From positions 1 through 37,319 of the forward strand of contig PDIP01000117.1 in assembly GCA_002811645.1 (NCBI GenBank): 37,319 bases of DNA, read 5' to 3'. The translations under genes were made by a program, and so were the position numbers. The DNA is from Corallochytrium limacisporum Hawaii. Lineage: Eukaryota > Protista > Pluriformea. The notes below the pieces were generated by a model. It was not told the origin of the DNA. It saw only the letters and a program-made list of their open reading frames with translations, and did no database searches. Positions 1 through 10,563 of the stretch are shown in pieces (positions within the stretch are counted from its first letter, which is position 1; each line of letters opens with the position of its first letter).

Positions 1-284
1 GGGGGGGGGAGGGGACAAAGGACAGGGCAGACAACAAGTGCCCCGGGAGGGGGTCCGCCTTTGCTTGTTCGGGCCGCCCAGTGCGACCCTCACCGGGCGG
101 AGAAGACGGGCATTGGGGAAAGACTGGAGATACCTCGGGCAGGACACGATAACAACGTGACACGATACTTAGGTTCCAGGCTGGAGAAATCTGCTGGTTT
201 CATGGGGATTGGAGGTTCTGTTATTGGACTGACGTCTTGTGCTATCACTTAGGAACACGTTTTAATCTTGAAAATCCCGTCAAA

Positions 285-3200
285 TCATCGGTCCTCATCT
301 ACGGGTCGATGGGCTCCAAACGAGTCTGAGAAGAACGAACGTGGGATACCCCTGTCGAAGCCACCCGGAAGGGGATCACCAGCGGGATCACTGCTTATCT
401 GTTCCTGAATCTGTACACTTGGGTCCAGGTCCTGCAGTTCTAGCAACCGACCAAGCAGATGGATGCCGCCTTGTTTATCCATGACTGCGTTGTACTCGCG
501 GCAATTGAAGTCGTGGATACATGAGGGACACCCATCCTGGCACGGACAAGCGTCCATGATGTCCTTGGCAGCCCGCAGCAGTCGCGGAAAGATGTGAAAA
601 CCGCGCTCAGCCAGGCCAATGCCTCCCGGTCGCTGGTCAAAGAGCAGGATGCGCAGCGGTCGCGCCCGCTGTTCGTGTGGGCTGATACATTCGACCCCAA
701 TGTCAGCGCGCTCACACATCAAAAACAGTGGCACAATGGCCAGAACGGCGTGTGCGCATGCATGTGTTGATCCTTTGAAACTGAAGTTCAAATGCAAACA
801 TTCTTGCTTCAATTCTGTAGGGACGTCGACCCAGGCGGCGAAGGAATGATACCCCACGTGCGGTACGCTCATGTTGACAACGTCGAACGTCTGACCAGAA
901 GCAATCCAGATCTTGCGAAAGCCGTAAACGCCGGTCTCAATGCGCGCCCGACCATAATTGAGCGGCAAAGATCCGATCAATTTCGAGCTTACCACTCGCA
1001 TGGTGTCAATTTCGAGCGTGTCCTGTTGCTTTGTGTAGTAGCGCGTGGTCACAGGCCGGGCATGCGCGGTGAGCTTATCATAGTCGACTTGCTCTACGAG
1101 ATACTGTTGTCCGCGATAGAGATACACGGCACCCTCGTAGACTTCGTAGAGAGCGCGGGTGAGCTCGACCTCGTCAATACACAACCCGGAGGTCCGGTCG
1201 TAGAGAAGGATGCGTTCAGATTCAATGAAACGGATCGATACCTTCGATGTTGGCTTCTCCACGCCGTGGACGTGATGCCAGCCGCCTGGGTGACTACGGA
1301 GGAATGGACCACCGCAATTCTGGCCGCTCGGACGGAAACCCTTGCAGAGCAGCTTGACCACATCAAAGAAACCAACACCAAAGTAGCGGTCCTCATTCGT
1401 GGTTAAAGGAAACTCAAAAGCAGCGCAGAGTACGTGCTCCCATAGTACGTTTTCGTTGGTCGGATCGCAGATGGCCTCCTCGGACGGGGTACCGAAGAGG
1501 CGCTCCGGGTTGGCCATGTAGTACTGATCAATGGCTCCTTCGTAAGCGATCAGGATGCTCACGGACTCTCTGATGCCCCGTCCGGCACGCCCAGACTGCT
1601 GCCAGAGTGAGGCAATCGAACCTGGGAAGCCTAATTGCAGTGTCATGTCCAGCACGCCGATATCAACGCCGAGTTCGAGTGCAGAGGTGGCAACAACGCC
1701 GAGCAAATGGCCGTGGAAGAGGTCGTACTCAATCTTTCGACGTTCTTCAACGCTGTAGCCACCACGGTAGGAGGTCACAAGGTCCAGTAGATCTTCATCG
1801 GCACTATCTCGGATTCGCCGTAAGGTGTAGTCGAGCACAAGCTCGCAGATGTGCCGCACCTTGCAAAAAGCTATCGTCCGCAGCTGGTGTTTGATAGCAC
1901 TGTGCAGGAGATTAGAAATCTCCACGTTGGGACTCTTGCGGTAGCTGAAGCCCATCTCAAAGGCGTGGGCTGGTCCAGCATTACGATTGCCTTTGTACTT
2001 CTCCTTGCCGCGGATCTGCACCTGTTGCATTCGTAGCAATTCTGCCTCAGATTTGAGAGGAGGATTCCAAAGAACGTACGCCTTTGCGCCACGCGGACTG
2101 CCATCTTCGTCGACCAGAACGACTGAGTTCTCTTCCTCGTCGTCCTCGTCGTCAAGGTCGAGCGGCACGAGACTCCGGAAGTGGGCAATCGGATTCGCAA
2201 TTGTGGCCGAGCACATGACGAACTGCGGCCGATTTCCGTAGGCCTCGCAACATCGAACAAAGCGGCGCATCACGCACGCCACGTGGCTCCCAAACACACC
2301 GCGGTAGATGTGCCCTTCGTCAATAATCACGTATCGCACTTGACGGAATAGGTCAGGCCACTGTGCATGGTTCGGTAAGATGGTGGCATGGAGCATGTCC
2401 GGATTGGAAAGGATAACCTGGCGTCGCAACTTGCTCTCACGCACGTTCTGCCGCTCTGCCTGCGGGGTGTCTCCGTCGTAGGTAGCGATGCGAATGTTTT
2501 CCATTTCGCGCAGACAGCAGAGCTCCCGGAAGGCGCGCATTTGGTCCTGGGCAAGGGCTTTGGTTGGGAACAAAAATATAGCACAGTAATCGTCCAGCTT
2601 CTCCATGCACCGTTCAATGACAGGCACATTGTAGCAGAGACTCTTACCGCTTGAAGTTGCGGTGCAGATAACCAGGTTCTTGCCCTGGCGGATGGCTCTT
2701 ATAGCCCTGCCCTGGTGGGAGAACATTCTCGTGATTCCCTTGGATTGCTGTAGGGCGCGCCGCATGACGTCGGTCAACTCCAAAGTGTCATCATACTGCG
2801 CTTCACGCGCTGGATACCTCTCGATATGGCAGATCTGTTCGTGATAGTACGGCTCAGTCTTGATAAACTCTACAAAGTCGAAAACACTCAGCGGGCGACG
2901 GTCCTCCTCGTGGGTAGTCGGGCGACCCTGCAAGGGTTCTGCCTCCGCCCGCTCAGCGTCGGAGGGAATTGAAGTCCGTGTCAGGATCGATTCGGGATCT
3001 TCGGACAGTGCCTGGTCTGACGGGTGGCCGGTTTCCGAGAAACGTTTCGATGTGGTCATACCGGTCACTAATGCCGACTCCATCATTTTCCGTGCTTTGC
3101 TGCGAGTCACCCTCGATGGGGAAATGTTGGGATCGGCTTCGAATGTAATCTGCTCTGCCTCGCTGCGCCCCATAACTCGCCCCTGGTGTCCCTGCTGCTC

Positions 3201-4448
3201 CTTGACCTTGCGCAAACTTGCAATGAAATCCTTTAGCAGCATGCCCGGTGCCGCAGGAATCGATGCCTGGGGTAAATCATCCAAACTCTCCGCCCCGCCC
3301 TCTTGACGCTTCAGCAGGGCCTCGGCAAAGCGCAGGATGCGACCATCCGTCTGGGACTTGGGAATGGTGCGGTTGGTATGAGCGTTGAAGTTTTTCTTAT
3401 TTCCTAGCAGTAGTTCCATCTCAAATGTCCGTCCAAAACGATAGTCCGGAGGCAGACCCAGTGTTTGTGGTGGATCGACTGGCGTGGACTCCACGTACCG
3501 GAGCTGGCCAATATTCTCACCAACGGCGCAGATCTTGGCTAGAATCTCCTGAGTCAGTGTGAAGCCGCCGAAGCCAGCACTGACGGTATCCACCGCAGGC
3601 TGTAGTCGCTCCTGCGTGACCGCAACACCTCGGTGCCTCAGTACAGACGACGTGTACTCTACGGCCCGAAACACGCTGACAAACTGTTGGAAGTTAACGT
3701 TTAGTTTCTTTCGAACGGCGTTGAACTCCGCGGAGTAGTCTTTGCGCTGACGTCTCCCACCCTTCGGTTTCTTAGGTTGAGTTCTACTGTCCGTAGTTGG
3801 TGATTTTTCGGCTTCTACCAGCTCTTCGTTCCCAGTGGCACTGCTACAGCTGTTGGCGCCCGCGCCATTACCGTCGCCTCCGATGCCACTGTCATCGTCT
3901 TTCTGGCCTTCTTGACTGAGGACGCTTTCAAAACTGCTTTCATTGGCATCCACTGCGCCTCGGTCAACAACCTCATTGTCATCGTCATCTGCGACGGACA
4001 CTGGGCAGTCTTCAACTTCGTCCACCAACTCAACCGGACTCGCATCTATCTTGTCCAGCTCCGTCTTTACCACCGGTGATTGTTCTATAGGCACGTCTTC
4101 AAAGTCATCCGCCTCGTCACTGTCGTCGACGACCATAATGATTTCCTTCTGTTGGTTGGTGCTGCTTTGGGGATCATGCAACGGCACATCTCCACTGATA
4201 CCCGGCGTTCTCCTGACATTGCCAGTCCTTCGGCTACTGCCACCAATTATCACATCGGCCATTGCATTAGCCCGAAGTAGAGCGTTACTTTTCTTTTTCT
4301 TGGCTTCCAAGGCATACTTTTTTTTGGCGTCCAGGGCATTCCTTTGTTCTCTTTTCTGTTTCAGAGCTATCAGCTCACTTTCCTGGTCCCCAAGTTCCTT
4401 CCGAGTGCCCCGCCGGCGCTTGGACCCCATATCGATCCTGTACGACAT
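285..4448 (-). CDS. HRQ1: Hrq1/MrfA (RecQ4-related) DEAH-box DNA helicase with C-terminal DUF1998 Zn-binding domain and long N-terminal extension
   Basis: 1387-aa ORF. Motifs seen: Walker A TATSSGKS, FPTKALAQDQ, YDGDTP, NPDMLH, DEGH, SATIANP, ATSALELGVDIG, QQSGRAGR, and C-terminal CPCQDGCPSC...C. These are diagnostic of Hrq1/MrfA helicases. Confidence 0.93.
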   Translation of the reverse strand: MSYRIDMGSKRRRGTRKELGDQESELIALKQKREQRNALDAKKKYALEAKKKKSNALLRANAMADVIIGGSSRRTGNVRRTPGISGDVPLHDPQSSTNQQKEIIMVVDDSDEADDFEDVPIEQSPVVKTELDKIDASPVELVDEVEDCPVSVADDDDNEVVDRGAVDANESSFESVLSQEGQKDDDSGIGGDGNGAGANSCSSATGNEELVEAEKSPTTDSRTQPKKPKGGRRQRKDYSAEFNAVRKKLNVNFQQFVSVFRAVEYTSSVLRHRGVAVTQERLQPAVDTVSAGFGGFTLTQEILAKICAVGENIGQLRYVESTPVDPPQTLGLPPDYRFGRTFEMELLLGNKKNFNAHTNRTIPKSQTDGRILRFAEALLKRQEGGAESLDDLPQASIPAAPGMLLKDFIASLRKVKEQQGHQGRVMGRSEAEQITFEADPNISPSRVTRSKARKMMESALVTGMTTSKRFSETGHPSDQALSEDPESILTRTSIPSDAERAEAEPLQGRPTTHEEDRRPLSVFDFVEFIKTEPYYHEQICHIERYPAREAQYDDTLELTDVMRRALQQSKGITRMFSHQGRAIRAIRQGKNLVICTATSSGKSLCYNVPVIERCMEKLDDYCAIFLFPTKALAQDQMRAFRELCCLREMENIRIATYDGDTPQAERQNVRESKLRRQVILSNPDMLHATILPNHAQWPDLFRQVRYVIIDEGHIYRGVFGSHVACVMRRFVRCCEAYGNRPQFVMCSATIANPIAHFRSLVPLDLDDEDDEEENSVVLVDEDGSPRGAKAYVLWNPPLKSEAELLRMQQVQIRGKEKYKGNRNAGPAHAFEMGFSYRKSPNVEISNLLHSAIKHQLRTIAFCKVRHICELVLDYTLRRIRDSADEDLLDLVTSYRGGYSVEERRKIEYDLFHGHLLGVVATSALELGVDIGVLDMTLQLGFPGSIASLWQQSGRAGRGIRESVSILIAYEGAIDQYYMANPERLFGTPSEEAICDPTNENVLWEHVLCAAFEFPLTTNEDRYFGVGFFDVVKLLCKGFRPSGQNCGGPFLRSHPGGWHHVHGVEKPTSKVSIRFIESERILLYDRTSGLCIDEVELTRALYEVYEGAVYLYRGQQYLVEQVDYDKLTAHARPVTTRYYTKQQDTLEIDTMRVVSSKLIGSLPLNYGRARIETGVYGFRKIWIASGQTFDVVNMSVPHVGYHSFAAWVDVPTELKQECLHLNFSFKGSTHACAHAVLAIVPLFLMCERADIGVECISPHEQRARPLRILLFDQRPGGIGLAERGFHIFPRLLRAAKDIMDACPCQDGCPSCIHDFNCREYNAVMDKQGGIHLLGRLLELQDLDPSVQIQEQISSDPAGDPLPGGFDRGIPRSFFSDSFGAHRPVDEDR

Positions 4449-5606
4449 TGCTTCTTGCAGTGAACACTGCTCTCGGTATAAAACGATCTACATGGCTTTC
4501 CTTGTTGTCCATCTATGAATCTGCCAGACTCATTCGCTTCCTCCTTCGCATGCCCAGTTACACTGTCCTTCTCTCTCCGTGAATGTGCGTGTTTGGGCTA
4601 TTGTCTATATCAGATCGTCCCGCGATCCTTGATGCTATTGGCCCATTGCCAGAACAGAATTGTTAGGGGGCTTTGAGAACGCAAAGTGGCGTCATCGACT
4701 TGAGTACGCAAACACACCAAATGGTGCCCTGAACTAGCTCGAGACACGCTGCGAACGGCCGAACTTCCTCGGGTGAGAACCCCACCCACCACCACCAGAC
4801 CCTGAGCTCAATGCGCCAGTCGAGCGGGCCGATTCGTTCGGGGCCTATTTTCCGAACCCGTCTGGTCTCGCCCGGTCCGAATTGGTGATTCTAGCGGAGC
4901 CGTCCGGGATTGGTGCGGGGCGCAGGATCGGAGGGAGAGCGAAGATAAAAGAAAAGTGCGCAAGATCCGCCCAACTGAGGTCCTCAGCGGGCGTGGCTGA
5001 TTCAAAATGGGATCCGACCTCACGGAGCATGTCGCATGGGCTCGAGTACCACCAGGCACTCTACCGTATGGTGTCTGGATGTTCTTGGTGTCCCAACTGC
5101 CGTCATTACGCAAACCTGCTGATCACCAACCGACCCTCATGTGCAGCCCCCGCTGCTAGAGATTGTATGGTAGCACAGTTTGCATGTTTCACGACACAAC
5201 TCATTTTGCCAAAAGTTTCTATAGAAAGCCTATGTGTGATTGCGGGTATGCTCTTACGGGGTACCGTAAGAAACAGATAGCGGATTAAGCACTTTGTCCT
5301 GGCTGAGGTTATATAGTTCACAATGATGCTGAACCGTTCGCAGCATCACCATCGGGTACCCTTTGAGGTTTGCATCACCTGAACATGGTGCCGTTTATCG
5401 TTATCATTCCGTCATCGACGCCCAGACGAAGAACGCAAGTGTAAACCCCCCTGTACGTGCCTCGCACCTACCGTAAGACCTGCAAAACCAAGACGAACCC
5501 CTCGGGGGTCGTCGCACATTCACACGCCCGAGGGGCACGGGCCCGTAGGGCCCCCCTTGGCGTTTCATTCCGCTCCCACCGCGCAACCCCCCAACCCTGC
5601 CGTTCG

Positions 5607-5623
5607 CGGTACTGAATCTACCG
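5607..5623. promoter_or_regulatory. Candidate cis-element CGGTACTGAATCTACCG (CGG-N11-CCG), copy 1
   Basis: Exact 17-bp match to 15588-15604, with inverted CGGTA/TACCG arms, in intergenic DNA. Confidence 0.4.
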
Positions 5624-6270
5624 AGTCGCCTGCGGATGGGGGGTTCACCGTTTGGGGGGTGAACCCCAATCTCGCCAGTACTGTTCGAGCGAAAGCAAAA
5701 ACATTTTTTGGCGCTTCCCTCCCCGCTGGCGGGTTATATAGCCTTCAATTTTTGGCCCACACAGGGCCCGAAAGGTAGGAGCAGAAAAGGGGGGGGGGGG
5801 AGTTGGCGCAACTGGGACCATTGTGCACTGGATGGGAGGCGGGCGAAAGGTTTTGAGGAGTCCTCGGTGCATTTGTGCACAAAGAATTGTGCACTTAGTA
5901 GTAGTGGGCTGCCGGCACTTTTTGGTTTCTGGCTACATGTTGTTATCGAGAAATGCGGACTGCTTGCTTCGGTTTGTACCTACGTCAGGTGCAAGAGAGT
6001 GGAAGCCAAGGTATTTAAAGACCTGCGGATCCTTCATTCCGGACCACTTGGTAATCAGCTGTGGCTGTTGGTTGGGTTTTTTTGAGTGTGCGACGCTTAG
6101 CGTCAGGCCCAGTGTAGGTGGTTGCTGAACCATCGGTAAGGCAAGACGGACGCATCGACGTGGGTTAGAGTTGATTTTGGAGGGACGAAAGTGTGGGGAT
6201 CCAAGCTTTGAACAGATCCTGATATTTGGAACAGTACTCTTTGGCAAAGTGAACCACATTTCCAGAATCA

Positions 6271-6522
6271 ATGACAGACCCGTCACCACCACAGCGGAGT
6301 GAGCATGGGGATCAGACCCCAGCGCTAACCCAGGAGGACATCGAACGCATCACGAGGAATCTGTCCCAGATCTACGAGGTTTCGAAGCAGTCAGCTGAGA
6401 AACTGACAGAGATGGAAGTGTCACTGAACAAGCAGATGCCTTTGTACCGTGCGTGGCATGAATTTCTGACGGCTGATGCTGCACCAACCAGTGCAGTGGA
6501 GCCAGGTCCCGCTGACAGCTGA
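6271..6522 (+). CDS. Small (83 aa) predicted coiled-coil protein; weak resemblance to small Dam1/DASH kinetochore subunits
   Basis: ATG-initiated ORF with protein-like composition. A heptad-like helix (EDIERITRNLSQIYEVSKQSAEKLTEMEVSLNKQMPLYRAWHEFL) ends in W-x-x-F and is flanked by disordered tails. The family assignment is only a guess. Confidence 0.55.
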   Translation: MTDPSPPQRSEHGDQTPALTQEDIERITRNLSQIYEVSKQSAEKLTEMEVSLNKQMPLYRAWHEFLTADAAPTSAVEPGPADS

Positions 6523-7299
6523 ATCTACAGCTTCCTCATCGTAGCACATCATCACCATCAACACCCGAGAGAGAGAAAACAGCACAGATCCGTTGATGGA
6601 GGATGGTGTGTCTGCGGGTAGTATCATTACTTGTACCATAGCAGTAAGAAACCAAACCGTGAGAGAGAAAAGATATCAAAGAAACACAGTCACAGTCACC
6701 ACCCAAACGTGTTTTAAAGAATTAGTTCTGTTCGATTGCATAAATTCCCAATTTGTAATATCATGAAGCATTGTGACCATTGTCCGCTACCATTCACGAT
6801 ACCTTGAACTTGTTCAGTTCAAAGACATTCCACTAAAGCGGACCATCTCACCCATGAATGGTGTAGAATTGACGCTGTGTGGCATGCACGCGAATGGGTC
6901 GCCTTCTTCCAAACAGGTCCACAGCCACCCCAGCAGCGGCCCACCGCGGCAGGCTTTCCCCCCGCTCCCGACGCGCGCCACGGCTTTGGCCCTCCTGGGC
7001 TCCACGAATATTGATCAGCGCACCACGTCCTCCCCGCGGTCGGGGATTGGAACCAATCAAATAGGATTGAATCAAAGCGGAAACCACCATCTGCTAGCTA
7101 TTGTGAGAAGGGGAGGGTATACTCGAATCAGTTTCGAAATCACTGCCAGTGGCGCAGGGGTAAAAGCGTCAGCCATCAAGAGGGATATAGGATTGTGTAT
7201 GGTGTTCTTTTGTGTTTGTATACAAGTATAAAAAGCGTTTTTGTTTTGGGGTTTACAACTTTAACTTTCAAAATAGCCATGCTGACCATATGAGCTACT

Positions 7300-9372
7300 T
7301 CACTGGTGGCCCATCTGACTCTGCTTCATGCCCGTTTGCCCGGCAACTTTGCACTTGGCGTACATGTCATCAATCATCGCCTGGTACCGGGCCCTGGCTT
7401 GAGGGCGGCGCAGCTTAGAGGTTGGCGTGAGCACCAGCTTGTCCTCAGGGTCTTCGGGAGTCCAGGTCTCCTTCTCAACGTAGACACCCTTAGGCAGCTC
7501 GAAACCCTTCAGTCCGTGCTCCCTGCCAATGCGGGAGAATTCTTTGATAAGGGCGTCATGCACGTCAGGAGTATTGGGATTAGAGTCCTTGGTCATGGTG
7601 ATGCCCTGACGCTCGCACCACGGCAGGAATGTATCCTCATCCGCAACCGCGATGGCAACAAGATGGCTCTGGAGACTGTCGCCGTAGATGAACATTTGGC
7701 TGACTGGGGCGGCCTTGGTGAGAATGTTTTCAATCTTCTCTGCAGCCACGTACTCACCCTGGCTCAGCTTGAAAATGTTCTTCTTGCGATCAATGAGGCG
7801 AACTGCACCGTTGGGCAACAGTTCAGCAATATCACCAGAGTGCAGCCATCCGTCCTTGTCCTTGGTCTCCGCTGTCTTCTCCGGCATCTTGTAGTAACCC
7901 CTGAAAATGTTGGCGCCCCGCACGCAGAACTCGCCACGCGGGTATGGCTTGTCCTTGCTGGTGTAGTTCATGTCCGGCACGTCGACAAGCTTAATCTCAC
8001 AGCACTGAACGGGACCACCCACCCAACCGGCTGTGGAGACATCGTCTGGTGTGGTTACGCAGACGCCGGCCGTGGTCTCCGTCTGGCCGTAACCCTCGTA
8101 CATTTGGCTGCCAAAGAGAGCGCGGTAGAATTCAATGACATGAGGCGCCAGGGGGGCGCTACCGGTTACGGTCACGCGCACACGGTCCAGACCAAGGCGT
8201 GCCTTGATCTTGTTGAAAACAAGCGGGTCCCAGACGGCGTGGGTGAAGTAGCCGTACTTCAACCAGTAGCGTTTGGAATTCAGTGCGGTGTCGAAGAGGT
8301 ACTTCTTGACACCACCCTCGGCCTCGACGCTGGCCATGATGCGATCATAGATGCGGTTCCACAGGCGTGGGACACTTGGGAACGTCGTCGGACGCAGCAT
8401 CGCAATATCTTCAAGCAGTCCTTGCGTATCACCACGGAAGTAGCCAATGCAAGAGCCGCTGTTAATGACGCTGACCATGAGGATCTGCTCAAACATGTGC
8501 GCCATGGGCAGATAGCTCAGATGCACATCGTTGGGGTGGTACTCAATGCGATCCAGCATGGCATAGGTGCACACCAAGATGTTGGAATGGGGCAGCAGGA
8601 CGCCCTTGGGCTGGCCGGTGGTGCCTGAAGTGTAGGCCAGGAGATAAACATCACACTCCTTCGCAATCGGCAAGTTCTGGACACTTCCGTGTTTCCGTCC
8701 CGCTTCCATGACGTCGTCCCATTGGCGGACCTCGAACCCTTCGAGGGATCCGCAGGGCTCCATGCCGTCGGTGCGGAGCTCGATCACATTTTTCAAGGTC
8801 GGTACGTCGGACTTTTTGAATGCACTCACGACACGGAAGTTCTCGGTGCTGACAAGAATGGTCGTCATGTTGGTCTGGTTCACCACGTAGCTAATGGTGT
8901 CATCACCCAGTGTGTCGTAGAGCGGCACGATAGCAATGCCATGGCGGGCAGCAGCCATCTCTGCGATATAGAATTCCATGCGGTTCTTGCAGTAGAAGCC
9001 GAGCTTGCGAGGGAGGTGCTTATCGTTCTCATCCGCGATCGGGCACAGGTCCAAGAGATCGATGGCCGCAGCGAAGTCATCGACTAACTTGCCGGTCTCA
9101 GCATATGTGATGAACTCGAAGTCGGAGTACTTGCCTTCGGATATCATCCTCCGTTTTCCGATGCAGGGTTGTTCTGCAAACTCCTTCACACTCAGATTGA
9201 AGGCAGTGCCCATGTCCCGCACTTCCTTACCATTGCGCATGAAACCACAGGACAGGAGCTTGGGGGCGGGGCGATAGACAGCGGTCTCGCCCTCCTTGGC
9301 CTCCGTCACGGGCGCCGCATATTGTACTTCCGGGGCCTCGGTCGCGAACAGGCATCCGAGCATGCTCGCCAT
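7300..9372 (-). CDS. Long-chain fatty acyl-CoA synthetase (ACSL/LACS family)
   Basis: 690-aa ORF with AMP-binding motifs YTSGTTGQPKG and YEGYGQTE, FACS signature DGWLHSGDIAELLPNGAVRLIDRKKNIFKLSQGEYVAAEKIEN, and terminal LTPTSKLRR. Confidence 0.95.
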   Translation of the reverse strand: MASMLGCLFATEAPEVQYAAPVTEAKEGETAVYRPAPKLLSCGFMRNGKEVRDMGTAFNLSVKEFAEQPCIGKRRMISEGKYSDFEFITYAETGKLVDDFAAAIDLLDLCPIADENDKHLPRKLGFYCKNRMEFYIAEMAAARHGIAIVPLYDTLGDDTISYVVNQTNMTTILVSTENFRVVSAFKKSDVPTLKNVIELRTDGMEPCGSLEGFEVRQWDDVMEAGRKHGSVQNLPIAKECDVYLLAYTSGTTGQPKGVLLPHSNILVCTYAMLDRIEYHPNDVHLSYLPMAHMFEQILMVSVINSGSCIGYFRGDTQGLLEDIAMLRPTTFPSVPRLWNRIYDRIMASVEAEGGVKKYLFDTALNSKRYWLKYGYFTHAVWDPLVFNKIKARLGLDRVRVTVTGSAPLAPHVIEFYRALFGSQMYEGYGQTETTAGVCVTTPDDVSTAGWVGGPVQCCEIKLVDVPDMNYTSKDKPYPRGEFCVRGANIFRGYYKMPEKTAETKDKDGWLHSGDIAELLPNGAVRLIDRKKNIFKLSQGEYVAAEKIENILTKAAPVSQMFIYGDSLQSHLVAIAVADEDTFLPWCERQGITMTKDSNPNTPDVHDALIKEFSRIGREHGLKGFELPKGVYVEKETWTPEDPEDKLVLTPTSKLRRPQARARYQAMIDDMYAKCKVAGQTGMKQSQMGHQ

Positions 9373-10510
9373 TGTGAAAGATTTGGTGGTTGAATTGAAA
9401 GTAGCAAGTTGATCTACTCTTTCACTCTATGATGCATTGTCCTTCCAGTCCGTTGGCTGTGATTGAATTCTTCGGCTCTCAAGTACCCGTCCAGGTCACT
9501 GCACAAAACGAGGAGTGTCGAAACTCATGAGCAGGGAGAAGCAAAGAACAAGATCGTGCACAGAAATTGAGCACGAATAGATGTCACTAATGAGCCCATA
9601 CTTGCCCACAGAATCTACCAGGCCCAGGGTCAGCTGAATTCGGTCGCTCCTCCTGCGGGCCCGCCTCGCGAGCTTTTTTAGTGGTCGTCGCGCTGACACG
9701 CACACACACACACTCTCTCCCTCGCTCGCTGGCGCTCCTGTCTGTGCGTACGTGGTGGCCCTGTTTTGCGCGTTACGTTTCTTGCGGGTGTGTCCGTGTA
9801 ATGCTTGGTAGACGGGAAGAAAAAATTCCTTGTAAAAATCTCAAGGCAACGAACGGCCTAAGAGAAAAAAAAGAAGGGGGGGGAGGGAGAGAGAAGGGAA
9901 AAAGCCACAGAAAAACTAAAGAGAGCCCACCCCCGGGAGGGGGGGGGAAGGGTGAGACTTTTGCCAAAAAAAAAATAAAAGTAAAACGCGGGAGAGGCGG
10001 GGAGGGGAAGGCGGGTCTCGCTCTCGCTCTTGCTCACTCTCCCCCCCGGGGGGGTGGGGGGGGAATTCTGTCTTTGTTTTTCGGGGGGGGGGGGGAAGGG
10101 AGAGATTTTCACTTTTTCTTTTTTTTTTTTAATTTTCGTTGGGCACCTTCCCCCCTTGCCCAATTTCGTTCTTAACTTGGAAGGTTATCAGGGCAAAAGG
10201 GGGGGGAGGGGGGGTAAAAGAAGGGAGTGGTTGGTGGGGTGAACAAAGAGACAGAGGCCACAATAAAAAAATAGAAACGAAAATTGAAAAACGAAAAGGG
10301 AGAGGGAGCAGGAGCAGGAAGGGAGGGGAGGGGGGAAAGGGGACCATAAAGCTTTGGGTCCCCTCTGAACACTACTCCAAATCCCAACCCGGCCTTCGTT
10401 CCTTTTTTCACACAGCCGCAACAGTGCCTGTGTACCACAATACAAAAAGAAGGGACTTTTTTCGTTAGAAATAAAAGCCGATCCAAAACAGAAGATAAAA
10501 ATAACCAAAA

Positions 10511-10563
10511 GGCAGCAGCAAGCAGCGGCAGGAGCAGCAGCAGCAGCTGGTGGTGGTGGTGGT
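10511..10563. repeat. Imperfect (CAG)n/(GGT)n trinucleotide repeat
   Basis: ggcagcagcaagcagcggcaggagcagcagcagcagctggtggtggtggtggt. Confidence 0.6.

Noticed and set aside
5411-5440. gacgaagaacgca resembling the conserved 5.8S rRNA motif
   Set aside because: The match is short and flanks do not continue the similarity; no other rDNA is present.
5681-5692. 12-mer ctgttcgagcga repeated at 37217-37228
   Set aside because: Repeated 12-mers are expected by chance in a window of this size.
6773-7231. 152-aa ORF between the small ORF and the acyl-CoA synthetase
   Set aside because: Non-ATG start, no motifs, and it lies in the expected 3' UTR zone of two convergent genes.
7306-8628. Long antisense ORFs (440 aa here; also 17065-18114, 18700-19455, 28693-29433, 29976-30665)
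   Set aside because: They lie opposite well-supported genes, have no recognisable motifs and are explained as shadow ORFs from codon bias.
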